From Spartobacteria bacterium (GTDB lineage Bacteria > Verrucomicrobiota > Verrucomicrobiia > Chthoniobacterales > Chthoniobacteraceae), in assembly GCA_043766295.1 (NCBI GenBank), contig JAYUIF010000332.1:1-42010 (forward strand): a stretch of 42,010 nucleotides of DNA, in the 5' to 3' direction. This document shows, piece by piece, positions 15,689 through 25,246 of the stretch. Position numbers and translations under genes: made by a program. Below the pieces are notes generated by a model. It was not told where the DNA came from. It saw nothing but the letters and a program-made list of their open reading frames with translations, and ran no database searches. Numbering within the stretch: position 1 is the first letter of the stretch; each line of letters starts with the position of its first letter.

Positions 15689-16312
15689 CTATCGCATCAG
15701 CCAAGCGATCAACCCGGCAGCAGCGGCGAGGAGCAGCCAGAATATCCAGCGTGCCGAGGATTTTTCCGGCGCGCGGACGGGCGCTTTTGCGCGGGAAGTT
15801 TCCGGCCTTTGTGGCTTGGCGGATTCTGTGAGCGGGACTTTTTCGCGAACGGGCGGTGCTGTTTTCTGGGGCGCTGGCGTCGGTGGTTGTGCTTTTTGTT
15901 TTTGCACCGGCGCTGGCGGCGGTGGCTGAACTTTCTGTTTCTGCACGGGTGCTGGCACCGGCGGTTGCGCTTTTTGTTTTTGCACGGGCTCCGGCGCGGG
16001 TTTGGCAGGTTCCGGTGCTGCGGGCTTTGTTTTCTCCGGCGCGGGTTTTCCGCTGTCTGTGCTGCGCTTGAGTTTTTCAAAATCAATCCTTCGATCCAGA
16101 TACGCCTTTTGGCGTTTGGCGAACTCGGCCACTTGTTTTTTGTCCGCCGCCGCGCCTTGTGTTGAAAGTTGCACTCGGAGTTTATCAATAGCTGCCGCCT
16201 CGCTCTTTAGCTCGGCCTCCGCTTTTTCGAGTTCTTTGCTTTTAAGTTGTTTGGGAGCGGGTGCGGTTCCGGCGTTCATGGAAATTTGGTGAGACGTTAC
16301 TGGCATCGCCAT
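15689..16312 (-). CDS. Tail-anchored coiled-coil / proline-rich repeat protein
   Basis: The N-terminal part is heptad-rich (KELEKAEAELKSEAAAIDKLR). Three copies of PVQKQK(A/V)QPPxPA follow, then a single C-terminal TM helix, WIFWLLLAAAAGLIAWL. An alternative start is Met12 (16279). Confidence 0.6.
   Translation of the reverse strand: MAMPVTSHQISMNAGTAPAPKQLKSKELEKAEAELKSEAAAIDKLRVQLSTQGAAADKKQVAEFAKRQKAYLDRRIDFEKLKRSTDSGKPAPEKTKPAAPEPAKPAPEPVQKQKAQPPVPAPVQKQKVQPPPPAPVQKQKAQPPTPAPQKTAPPVREKVPLTESAKPQRPETSRAKAPVRAPEKSSARWIFWLLLAAAAGLIAWLMR
15882..15998. repeat. Three imperfect 39-bp tandem repeats (in-frame, encoding the PVQKQKxQPPxPA units)
   Basis: The units 15882-15920, 15921-15959 and 15960-15998 align by eye (ggtggttgtgctttttgtttttgcaccggcgctggcggc and variants). 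Confidence 0.85.
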
Positions 16313-16521
16313 TCAGCAAACTGTGCGCCCGACATGACACAGATTTGCATCTGCGTTCTGGCCGGGAAACAGTCGCCGTAGTTCCCTCGTCTCTTGAATT
16401 TAACGGCCAATAGGAACAGAGGAGCAGCCCTGTAATTCGTAGTTTTTTCCATTGGCGGCATTGGAAACGCTTTCTAACTTTCGATAACACGCAGGCTTTC
16501 ACACTTTGCCAAACTCATCCG

Positions 16522-18177
16522 ATGCCAGACATCAAATTCCGCTGTCCCGAGTGCTCGCAGAAAATCGTCGTTGATTCTTCTGCCACTGGTGTGCGCGTGG
16601 ATTGCCCGATGTGCCGGAGCACGCTCGTCATTCCAGCGACGGAATGGAGCACGGTGACAGTCGCCGTGCGGCGGGAGCTGGCGGTGCTGGCCGGGAGTGC
16701 GGATGCGCTTTATGCGGAGTTGGAAAAGCGGAAGGCAGAACTCGATGCCGCCGTCGCTGAATCCGTGAAGCTCCGCACGGCTGCGGAGGAGGCACAGGGC
16801 GAAGTCGAGAAGGTGCGCGCCGAGCGCGAAAATTTCCGCAACGCGAGTGAGAAGGCTGCCGAGGAAATGAAGAAACTGCGCGGAGACCTCGACGCACTTG
16901 CATCCGAACGCGATGGGTTGCGCAGTGCGCGTGAACAGGAGCCAGCGCGGGATGAACTGACGAAAAAGGAAGTCGAAGAATTAAAAGCAAGCCTCGCAAC
17001 GCTCCAACGCGAGCGGGATGAATTTTCCGTAAAACTCGCCGCGATGGCCAGTCTGCGCGCGCAACTCGCCGAGCTTACCGCCGAGCGCAGCAAACTGGCG
17101 GTGTCGAATTCCGAGGCGTTTCACGATGCGGATTCTCTGCGCGCCGAAGTCACTTCGCTCCAGGCCCGCCACAAGCAGGCGGATGCCCATGCGGAGGAGT
17201 GGAAGCGACAACTCACTGTGGCGCAGCGCGAGCGTGACGATTTAATCAACAAGGTGCGCGGCGCCGAGTCGCTGCCCGCCGAACTGGAAGCGGCGCGCGC
17301 CGAATCACAGCAACTGCGCACGCAGATCAATGAGATCACACGTATTTTTGAGGCCGCGCGCCATGAGCGCGATCAGTCGGCGCTCCTCGCATCGGAGCGC
17401 GAGAAGTCCCTCGAAAAAATGACCCAGGCCATCGAGACTGCGAAGGCGGAGATTGGTTTATTGCGCGGGGAAAAGACGACATCCGCCGCCGAGCGGGATC
17501 GGCTCAAGGCGAGCGCCGATGAGTTTCACGAAGAGTCCAGCGAACTCCAGCATCGGGTGGATGGATTGCTCGACGAACTCCACGCCCGCGAGCGCGAAGT
17601 CGCCGAGGCAAAACAGGCCGGCGAGGCTGCAAATTCCCAGGCTGCTGGCTACGAGAACGAGCTTCGCCAGATTCGCGCGCAGCGTGATGCGCTTGCGGTC
17701 CGTGTGGTTGAAAAGGAGCGCGAATCCGCCATTCTCACCGAGCAAGTTTCCGAAGCGATCCGCATCAGCCAGGAGGCGGCGGGGCGCATTGATGCCGCAG
17801 AGCGCATCGCACACACGGCGCAGGAAAAGGCACGACTCAACGAGGATGAGCGCACCCGCCTTGGCGAAAAACTGACGAAGACCGCCGCCGAGTTCGGTGC
17901 GATGCAGGAACAAGGCCGCCAGATTCGCATCGAGAAAGAACAGAGCCGCTCGCGCGTCCACGACCTTGAAGCGCAAGTCGAGCAGAGCTTCGATCAACTC
18001 GGCTCCATCGAGGCCGAGCGCGACACCCTCAAAAGCGAACTCGACGCCGTGAAGACCGGCCTCGAACGCGCCAAGCAACACGTCAGCGTCCTGCAAGCGC
18101 GGCGCGACGTGATGCGCGAGGAAATCAACCGCCTCCGCGCGAAACTCGGGATGCCGCCAGATGGCCCCGGCGTCTGA
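16522..18177 (+). CDS. Zinc-ribbon protein with a roughly 500-aa coiled-coil region
   Basis: The N-terminus, FRCPECSQKIVVDSSATGVRVDCPMCRSTLVIP, carries CxxC...CxxC. The rest is Ala/Glu/Arg/Leu/Lys-rich with heptad character throughout. Confidence 0.7.
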   Translation: MPDIKFRCPECSQKIVVDSSATGVRVDCPMCRSTLVIPATEWSTVTVAVRRELAVLAGSADALYAELEKRKAELDAAVAESVKLRTAAEEAQGEVEKVRAERENFRNASEKAAEEMKKLRGDLDALASERDGLRSAREQEPARDELTKKEVEELKASLATLQRERDEFSVKLAAMASLRAQLAELTAERSKLAVSNSEAFHDADSLRAEVTSLQARHKQADAHAEEWKRQLTVAQRERDDLINKVRGAESLPAELEAARAESQQLRTQINEITRIFEAARHERDQSALLASEREKSLEKMTQAIETAKAEIGLLRGEKTTSAAERDRLKASADEFHEESSELQHRVDGLLDELHAREREVAEAKQAGEAANSQAAGYENELRQIRAQRDALAVRVVEKERESAILTEQVSEAIRISQEAAGRIDAAERIAHTAQEKARLNEDERTRLGEKLTKTAAEFGAMQEQGRQIRIEKEQSRSRVHDLEAQVEQSFDQLGSIEAERDTLKSELDAVKTGLERAKQHVSVLQARRDVMREEINRLRAKLGMPPDGPGV

Positions 18178-18252
18178 AAATTGCGCGAGCGGAAAAGCGA
18201 AAAGGAACTGACAAACGCGCGCTTCGCCGTCATTCGTATTTTCACATCCGCC

Positions 18253-18963
18253 ATGCTTCACACGCTTCGTCTTTTACTCGTCATCGTTTTCGCCGCGACC
18301 ATGCTGCACGCGGAGGATGCAAAAGAACCTACGCAGCCCGGTGAAACCATCATCGTCACCGGCGGCGTCTCGCTCTGGGTATGGGAAAAATGGAAAGCCT
18401 CACCGCACGATAATTGGTGGGCAAACTTCGTCCGCGCCGCACGCATCCGCATCGAGCAAATCAAAACCGCGCGGCCCGACCAGCCCATCACCTGGCTCGT
18501 CTATCGCCCCGCGTATCTCACGCGCAGCCGGCAGGACAGCCGCGACTACACCGCCCTCGTGAGCAGCGTGCGCGACACCTTTCACATCAAGCTCATGTGG
18601 TTCGACAGCGCCGCGCAGCTCGTGAACTACCTCAACTACGGCCAGCCCCGCGACCGCGTGAAGATCAACGGCCTCGAGTATTTCGGCCACAGTAACAAGG
18701 CGTGTTTCATGTTCGACTACTCGAACGTCATTGATAGCGGCAGCAAATGCTGGCTCCACGAAACCGAGCTGGGGAAAATCAACCACGGCCTCTTCACCAG
18801 CGACGCCCTCGTGCGCAGTTGGGGCTGCTACACCGGCGAGAGCATGAGCCAGAAATGGCGCGCGGCCACCGGCGTGCCGATGTGGGGCTTCGTCGGCAAG
18901 AGCCAGTATCTCACCGAAGAACTCCCCGTCCCCGCCACCGCCATCGGCCACTGGACACGCTGA
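18253..18963 (+). CDS. Secreted hypothetical protein
   Basis: The signal peptide is MLHTLRLLLVIVFAATMLHAED. The composition looks coding. No family was recognised. Confidence 0.55.
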   Translation: MLHTLRLLLVIVFAATMLHAEDAKEPTQPGETIIVTGGVSLWVWEKWKASPHDNWWANFVRAARIRIEQIKTARPDQPITWLVYRPAYLTRSRQDSRDYTALVSSVRDTFHIKLMWFDSAAQLVNYLNYGQPRDRVKINGLEYFGHSNKACFMFDYSNVIDSGSKCWLHETELGKINHGLFTSDALVRSWGCYTGESMSQKWRAATGVPMWGFVGKSQYLTEELPVPATAIGHWTR

Positions 18964-19014
18964 CGGAAACGCTGACGCTCGACATTTCCGCCACACACCA
19001 TTCACTCCGCGCCC

Positions 19015-19986
19015 ATGACGCTCCACGAGCTGCAAGCCATCTACGCCACCCCGTTCTTCGATCTCCTCACCCGCGCCCGCGCGGCGTATCTCGCGCATTG
19101 GAAAGAGAACGAAGTGCAGCTCTGCACCTTGCTCTCCATTAAAACGGGCGGCTGCTCCGAGGACTGCGGCTATTGCGCGCAATCGGCCCGCTACACCACG
19201 GGCGTCCAGCGCGAGACGCTCATGTCGCCGGATGCCGTGGAGGAAGTCGCCGTCCGTGCGAAAGAAAACGGCTCCACCCGCTTTTGCATGGGCGCTGCGT
19301 GGAAGGGCGTGCGCGAGGGCGATCCGCGTTTTGATAGCGTCCTCGAAAGCATCCGCCGCGTCGCCAAGCTCGGCATGGAAGTATGCGTCACCCTCGGCCA
19401 GCTCGGCGCAGGCGAAGCCCGCCAGCTCAAAGCCGCCGGAGTCACCGCCTACAACCACAACATTGACACCTCGCCCGAGCACTACCCGAACATCGTCACC
19501 ACCCACACCTTCCAGGATCGGCTCGACACCATCGGCCACGTGCAGGACGCCGGCATGAGCGTCTGCTGCGGCGGCATCATCGGCCTCGGCGAGACCGAAG
19601 ACGACCGGCTCAAAATGCTCGAAGTGCTCACCAATTTCAGCCCCGCCCCTGAGAGCGTCCCCATCAATTGCCTCATGCCCATGCCCGGCACCCCGCTCGC
19701 CGAGCAAGCGCCCGTGGACATCTTCCAGCTCGTCCGCCTCATCGCCACCACACGCCTCGCGCTCCCGCGCGCAAAAGTCCGCCTCTCCGCAGGGCGCACC
19801 CGCCTTACCCGTGAAGCGCAAGCCCTCTGCTTTTTCGCCGGTGCAAACTCCATCTTTTACGGCGATAAACTCCTCACCGCCGCCAACCCCGAAAAAGACG
19901 CCGACCTCGCCCTGCTCGAAGAACTCGATCTCAAACCCCAGCGCCCCTTCGCCGAAAACTGCGACCGCATGGCCTGCCTCACGTAG
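19015..19986 (+). CDS. bioB: Biotin synthase (radical SAM)
   Basis: GGCSEDCGYCAQS carries the CxxxCxxC motif. FCMGAAW, YNHNIDTS and SVCCGGIIGLGE are also present. Confidence 0.95.
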   Translation: MTLHELQAIYATPFFDLLTRARAAYLAHWKENEVQLCTLLSIKTGGCSEDCGYCAQSARYTTGVQRETLMSPDAVEEVAVRAKENGSTRFCMGAAWKGVREGDPRFDSVLESIRRVAKLGMEVCVTLGQLGAGEARQLKAAGVTAYNHNIDTSPEHYPNIVTTHTFQDRLDTIGHVQDAGMSVCCGGIIGLGETEDDRLKMLEVLTNFSPAPESVPINCLMPMPGTPLAEQAPVDIFQLVRLIATTRLALPRAKVRLSAGRTRLTREAQALCFFAGANSIFYGDKLLTAANPEKDADLALLEELDLKPQRPFAENCDRMACLT

Positions 19987-19998
19987 GGTCGTCTCTGT

Positions 19999-20190
19999 TT
20001 ACTTTTGCCGCAGGAATTTGTGGAGGTGGCCGAATGCGCTCCATTCGGTGACGATCAAATTTCCGTCTTTATCTATGGATGCGCCGTCCGTCCATTTGTC
20101 CTGCGGGAGGTCGTAGTTGGCGCGCTGTTTGGCGTCCGGGTTGTCGCCGACTTGGGCGATGATGGCGCCGGTTTTGTCGAGCACGGTCAC
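19999..20190 (-). pseudogene. Possible C-terminal remnant of a beta-propeller (NHL-like) protein, or a small orphan ORF
   Basis: The 63-aa ORF (VTVLDKTGAIIAQVGDNP...DGNLIVTEW) resembles only the last blade of a propeller protein. It begins immediately after the stop of the upstream gene. GTG start. Confidence 0.25.
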
Positions 20191-20201
20191 GCGGCTTGCA
20201 T

Positions 20202-22385
20202 CTAGTGATTAAACAAAAACTCGCGGCTGCTGAGGATGGCCCAGAGGGTGTCTTCCATCACGAGGCGGGGGTCGTCTTTGGCGTCGGCGAGGATGCTTTG
20301 CACGGCTTGGATTTCGGCGGGCGTCGGGACGCGGGCGAGGGTGGCGAGGGTGGCGTCCGTGAGCCATTGTTCGGCGGGCTTTTTGGCGGCGAGCACTTTG
20401 CTGATGAAGCCCTCGGTGGCGTGGAGCTTGGCGTTGAGGGTGTCGCCGTTGGCGAGGTGGAGTGCTTGCGCGACGTTCGATTCGGTGGTGCGCTCGCACT
20501 CGCACGTTAGTTCGCGCGCGGGGCGGCCAAATGTTTTTGTGAAGTAACTGTTCGTGTTTGCATCGGGGAGTTGGAGTGCGCGCCAGCCGAGGGGGAAGGG
20601 CGTCTGCTTGTCGTCCTCCACGGTGACGTCGCGCGTGGTGAAAGGCGTGGGCACTTCGGTGACTTGCGCGATGGCGTCGTGCAAAACTTCGGCCATCAAT
20701 CGGCGCGGATAGTAGTGCGAATAAAAGCGGGTGTCGTCTTTGTTGCCCGGCAGTGGTGCGCTGGTGCGCTGGTAGGTTTCGCTTTGCAAAATCTCGCGCA
20801 TGAGCGCGCGGAGATCGTAGTGGTGCTCGCGCAGCCATGTCGCGGCGGCGGTGAAGAGTTGCTCGTTGCTCGCGGGGTTTGTCTCGCGGATGTCGTCCAC
20901 GGCTTCGACGAGTCCGACGCCGAAGAAATTTGCCCACACGCGGTTCGTGATGGCGCGGGCGAAGTAGGGATTCTCCGGGGCCGTGAGCCATTTCACCAAC
21001 GCCTCGCGGCGGTCGCCGCCGGCATCGAGCGCGATGGGCTGGCCGCCGAGCGGACGCGGCGGTTGCGGCTTGCCGGTGAGCGGCTGCACGAGGTCGCCAT
21101 CATCGGCGGCGAAGACGATGCGCTCGTCGCCCCTACCGTTTTTCATCCGCACGCGGGCGAACAAATTCGCGTAGCCGAAGTAGTCGTTGTTCGTCCACTT
21201 CTCCATCGGGTGATTGTGGCACTTCGCGCAGACGGTGGAGATGCCGAGGAAAGTGACGGAGGTTTTTTCCGACACGTCGCGAGGGTCGGGCGTGATGACG
21301 AAATAATTCGCCGCGCCGTTATCGAGCGAGCTGCCCTGCGCGGTGAGAATCTTCGTGGCGAAATCATCCCAGTGCGTGTTCGACGCCACCTGATCGCGCA
21401 CCCATTTGTAATAGGCCCACATCGTCTCCAGCGGCAGCTTGCGCTTCGTGACGAGCAGCAGGTCGCTCCATTTATAAGTCCAGTAATCCACAAACTCCGG
21501 CCTCACGAGCAGCGCCTCGATGAGCCGGTCGCGCTTGTCCGCAGTTTTGTCCGAGAGGAAATCGCGCACCTCCTGCGCAGTCGGCAGCACGCCGATGGTA
21601 TCGAGAAATGCGCGACGCACGAACTCGCCGTCGGAGCTTCGTGGCGAAGGCGGCAGATTCAGCTCCCGCAATTTCGCCAGCACTTGTTCATCAATCCAAT
21701 TCCTGCGCGACGCCTGCGCCCATGTGTTCTCGGCGATTTGATTTTCAAACGGAACGCTCGCTGTGCCGAACGCGACCTTTTGCAAATACCAGACCGTCAC
21801 CGCGCTCTCGCCGTGGCCGACTACCGTGGCGAGCCCCACGTCATCCACGTTGAGCACGGTTTGATTTGTCGCTGTGTATTTCGCCCAGCGCGTCACGTCC
21901 GCGCTGTGTCCGTCGGAAAAATATGCGCTCACGGTGAACTGCTTTTTTTCACCCGGCGCGAGACGCACCTGCGCGGGCTGCACCTCGACACGCACGATGC
22001 GCGCATCCTCCGCGCGCGGCCCCGGCGCGCCGTCGGCGATCCAATCCACGAGCGTGCGCCACTCGGGCGAGTTCACTTTGAAACGCTCGCCGCCCTTGTG
22101 CGGCACGGCGCTCGTGGCCTTCAGCAAAATGAGCGACTTCGCAGGCTCGCTCGGATTGACGCGACGCCCGAACGCCCCGCGTGTGAGCGTGAGAAAATCG
22201 CCTTCATCATCGTAGCCGCGCAGTGACAATTTAAATCCCCCCTGCCCCGCCGCCGCGCCGTGACACGCGCCGGTCGAGCAACCGGACTTCATCAAAATCG
22301 GCTGCACCTGATTACGAAAAGTCACCGTCTCCGCGCTGGCGGAAACGACAAGAACGAGAAGGTAGGCGAACGCTCGCATCGGCAC
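20202..22385 (-). CDS. DUF1549/DUF1553 (PSCyt/PSD-type) protein with a central Ig-like domain
   Basis: It has a signal peptide. FRNQVQPILMKSGCSTGACHGAAAGQGGFKLSLRGYD is the DUF1549 head and CAKCHNHPMEKWTNNDYF is the conserved centre. The DUF1553-like tail ends ...SSREFLFNH. Confidence 0.85.
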   Translation of the reverse strand: MPMRAFAYLLVLVVSASAETVTFRNQVQPILMKSGCSTGACHGAAAGQGGFKLSLRGYDDEGDFLTLTRGAFGRRVNPSEPAKSLILLKATSAVPHKGGERFKVNSPEWRTLVDWIADGAPGPRAEDARIVRVEVQPAQVRLAPGEKKQFTVSAYFSDGHSADVTRWAKYTATNQTVLNVDDVGLATVVGHGESAVTVWYLQKVAFGTASVPFENQIAENTWAQASRRNWIDEQVLAKLRELNLPPSPRSSDGEFVRRAFLDTIGVLPTAQEVRDFLSDKTADKRDRLIEALLVRPEFVDYWTYKWSDLLLVTKRKLPLETMWAYYKWVRDQVASNTHWDDFATKILTAQGSSLDNGAANYFVITPDPRDVSEKTSVTFLGISTVCAKCHNHPMEKWTNNDYFGYANLFARVRMKNGRGDERIVFAADDGDLVQPLTGKPQPPRPLGGQPIALDAGGDRREALVKWLTAPENPYFARAITNRVWANFFGVGLVEAVDDIRETNPASNEQLFTAAATWLREHHYDLRALMREILQSETYQRTSAPLPGNKDDTRFYSHYYPRRLMAEVLHDAIAQVTEVPTPFTTRDVTVEDDKQTPFPLGWRALQLPDANTNSYFTKTFGRPARELTCECERTTESNVAQALHLANGDTLNAKLHATEGFISKVLAAKKPAEQWLTDATLATLARVPTPAEIQAVQSILADAKDDPRLVMEDTLWAILSSREFLFNH

Positions 22386-22433
22386 ACACCTTTCGCACTT
22401 CCACGAACCAGCGCAAGCCCTGCACGCTCTGCT

Positions 22434-24875
22434 TTAGAAAGTGAACGTGACGGTCATGATCACATTCCACAGCACGCTATCCGCCTCGCCTTCGTGGTCC
22501 TTGCTGCCGATGCCTTTCACGAAGTCGGTGTTGAGGCGATAGATGTCCTTGTAGCCTTGGTCGGGGAAGAAAAGGCCGAGGCCCAAGCCGACGATCACGT
22601 TGTCCGTGAGCAGCGGGCGATATTTCATTCCGAAGCTCACATCCCATCCGAGGCGATCGTTCACTTTGTTCGTTTGCAGCGCGTTCGCGATGGGCGCGGT
22701 CTGGTCAAACCAAATGTAGTTCGTGTTGAAAAATGTGCGCAGGCGCGGCGTGACGTCGGCGTCCATGCCGATGCCGAGGATTTTCACGCCGGGGTTCACG
22801 AAGTTCGATTGCCCCTCGCTCTTGCTGCTGCGAAAATTCATCAAGAGGCTGTCCGGGTTTTTCAAATTCACCGCAGTGCCCGCGAGGTTGATGCCTTCGT
22901 GGACATACCAGCTAAACGGCCCGCCAACGAAATTCGGCGCGTCCACAATGCTGTCAAAGCCCGTCGCGTGATCGTCCGTCGGATTGCGATCACCGCTCGC
23001 CCAAAAGCCGCTGAGTTTGAAACGCAGCCAGTCGCGGTCATAGCTGAGTTCCGCAGCGGCCATCTGCGCATTCACATCCACGCGACGTCCCGCGAGTCCG
23101 TTGAGTTCGTCTTCGCCGAGCGCCCAGTAAAAGGCGTGCGTGATGTTCCAGCGACCGATGTGACCGTCGCCCGCCCAGCCGAGATAGCCCACGCGCACAT
23201 CGTGCTCTTTGGAAAAATCGCCCAACGGTTCGGGGCGGACAAGGAAATCGTTTTTGTCGTAATGACTGTGCCCGCCGTCCCAATTCATGTGAACCGAAGC
23301 CTCCGCCGTGTAGCCCTTCCACAAAAAATCCTGACGATAAATGTTGGCGATGAGCACCTGCTGATCGCGCGCGTCGAATTCATTCAGCCCGCTGTAAGTG
23401 TCCTTCTCGCGCATGTTGAAATACGCGACGTTGTATTGCGTGCGGTTGTTATCGTGGTTGCCGAAAAGGCGGACGCCGAGATTCGTGTCGTTGAAAATAA
23501 AACCGCGAAAATCCGAAACGAACGGCTGGATTCCCCAACGCGAAGTCCAGAAATCGTAATTATCGCTGAGGTCGCCGAGGTGATACTCGAAGAACAATTC
23601 TTGCAGCGCGATCCAGTCCTTGTGCCGGTAGGTATTCCGAGTTCCGGCGAAGTCTTTTTCGTGATCACGGTTTGAGCCGCGCTTCGATCTCGGTTCGTTC
23701 GTCACCGGGTCCACATCCACAAATGAGTCCGATGCTCCTGCCGCTCGCAGTTGCGGCGCGATGTAGCGGAAAAGATCCGCCGGATTCACCACTTTCTTAA
23801 GCGGCTTCACCGCTCCGCCCTTCGCATTCACAGTGCCCGACTTTTGCTGCGTGGCGCCAATCTTTGAAGTATCGGGCTCCGAGCCACTGCGGCGATTCAC
23901 CCCACGCGGATCGGGATCGAGCAGGTTTTGCTCGCGCACCCAAATCCAGTTGTCGTTTTTCACCACCTGCGCGCGGATCAACCACTCGACCGGCTTGAAC
24001 GAAGTCTCGCCCTTGAAAATTTCCACGCTCAGCGAGCGGTCGTCGGAAATCAGCCATTGCTCGCCGCGTCCGAAAAACTCCGAGCTGTTCGGCGTCGCGG
24101 CACTCACGCCACTCGGCACGGGCAGACGACGATATTCAAACAGCGAAAAGTTCTTCAGCGTGACGTTCGCAAAAATATCCTGTCCGTAAATCGGCGCATC
24201 GCCCTTGAGCTTCGACTGCTCGTAGGGATGCCACCATTTGATCGTCTCGCGCCCATCGCCGTAGGGCGTCTCGTGCGAAGGATCGAGATAGCGCTGCCAC
24301 TTCGGAAATGGAATGGCCCAGCGATTCGCAATCGGCGACGTCCCCGGCAGCAGCCCCAGCCCTTCGCGACCGAGCGGATATTCGCGGTAGTGAAAAATAT
24401 TGTCCCGCCCGCGCTGCGAACGCACCCCCGAGCGCGGCAGATGCAGACGCCCCGGCTCGTCCACATTATCGAAGCGCGGCACATACAAAAAATCCTCCGG
24501 AAAAAGCGAAGGCCGGTCGCGCAATTCACCCGGCTGCGGTGCGGGCAGCGCATCCGGCACGAGCGGCGATCCTGTTCCGCCAAACACCCCGTCATCCAGC
24601 GGCGAACCCGTCGGCAATTTCGGCTCCGGCTTCGCGGGCGGTGGTGCATCCGGCATATTTGGCAGCGGGCGCACTTGCGGATGCGGCACCTTCGGCGACT
24701 CCGCGCCAGAACCCGGATCGGGATTGAATTGCGAAGGTGATTTCGGCGGCGATTTCTGCCGCTCCGTATGCGTCGGCTCCTCCACCAATGGATGCGCGCA
24801 AAACCCCGTGCTCAAAATACAAACCGTCGTGGCGGCAATCGTGACTGATCGGGTTGGAAGCATTTCGCGCAGCAT
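22434..24875 (-). CDS. Large outer-membrane beta-barrel protein with a proline-rich N-terminal region
   Basis: The leader is hydrophobic and a long Pro-rich stretch follows. The C-terminal half shows an alternating amphipathic pattern and ends ...NVIMTVTFTF, an aromatic terminal residue typical of OMP beta-signals. Confidence 0.6.
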   Translation of the reverse strand: MLREMLPTRSVTIAATTVCILSTGFCAHPLVEEPTHTERQKSPPKSPSQFNPDPGSGAESPKVPHPQVRPLPNMPDAPPPAKPEPKLPTGSPLDDGVFGGTGSPLVPDALPAPQPGELRDRPSLFPEDFLYVPRFDNVDEPGRLHLPRSGVRSQRGRDNIFHYREYPLGREGLGLLPGTSPIANRWAIPFPKWQRYLDPSHETPYGDGRETIKWWHPYEQSKLKGDAPIYGQDIFANVTLKNFSLFEYRRLPVPSGVSAATPNSSEFFGRGEQWLISDDRSLSVEIFKGETSFKPVEWLIRAQVVKNDNWIWVREQNLLDPDPRGVNRRSGSEPDTSKIGATQQKSGTVNAKGGAVKPLKKVVNPADLFRYIAPQLRAAGASDSFVDVDPVTNEPRSKRGSNRDHEKDFAGTRNTYRHKDWIALQELFFEYHLGDLSDNYDFWTSRWGIQPFVSDFRGFIFNDTNLGVRLFGNHDNNRTQYNVAYFNMREKDTYSGLNEFDARDQQVLIANIYRQDFLWKGYTAEASVHMNWDGGHSHYDKNDFLVRPEPLGDFSKEHDVRVGYLGWAGDGHIGRWNITHAFYWALGEDELNGLAGRRVDVNAQMAAAELSYDRDWLRFKLSGFWASGDRNPTDDHATGFDSIVDAPNFVGGPFSWYVHEGINLAGTAVNLKNPDSLLMNFRSSKSEGQSNFVNPGVKILGIGMDADVTPRLRTFFNTNYIWFDQTAPIANALQTNKVNDRLGWDVSFGMKYRPLLTDNVIVGLGLGLFFPDQGYKDIYRLNTDFVKGIGSKDHEGEADSVLWNVIMTVTFTF

Positions 24876-24918
24876 TTACTCGGTCTCATCCACCTTTTGC
24901 AACTCTTCGCAAAAAAAG

Positions 24919-24993
24919 CGTCCCCGGCGTGACTCGAACACGCGACCGGCCGCTTAGAAGGCGGCTGCTCTATTCCAACTGAGCTACGAGGAC
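24919..24993 (-). tRNA. tRNA-Arg (anticodon UCU)
   Basis: Cloverleaf folded by hand: acceptor GTCCTCG/CGGGGAC, D stem GCTC/GAGC, anticodon stem GCCGC/GCGGC with loop CTTCTAA, and T stem GCGTG/CACGC with loop TTCGAGT. CCA is not encoded. Confidence 0.9.
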
Positions 24994-25246
24994 TTTGAAA
25001 TCCGACGCGCAAACTCATAACGCATCGCAAAAAAACGGCGAGAGCTTTTCAATGCAAGCGTGAGAGACGACGAAACCCGCAGCAAAAAAATCGGCGCGAT
25101 TTTTATGAATTTATAAAACGCAGCCGCAACAGCAGTCACCTCGGAAGAAATCCACACTTTGCTCTGCGAGATGTTTTATGATTTGGCGTTGACCCACCCA
25201 TTACTTGTGTTAGACGCAGGCGTTTCCGGCATCCCACCACAAAATC

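Noticed and set aside
18400-19821. 473-aa ORF on the minus strand
   Set aside because: It lies antisense to a complete, motif-perfect bioB and to the secreted-protein gene. The translation is Gly/Ala/Arg/His-rich with no recognisable motif, which is typical of a high-GC shadow ORF.
20571-23675. Two long plus-strand ORFs (551 aa and 471 aa)
   Set aside because: They are antisense to the DUF1549/1553 gene and to the beta-barrel gene, both of which carry clear family motifs. The composition is Arg/His/Ala-rich and low-complexity.
24876-25246. tRNA-Arg as the attachment site of an integrated island; NrdR boxes upstream of nrdR
   Set aside because: No integrase, excisionase or repeat of the tRNA 3' end is visible in the window. 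I could not find a convincing NrdR-box palindrome or a clean -10 element in this region.
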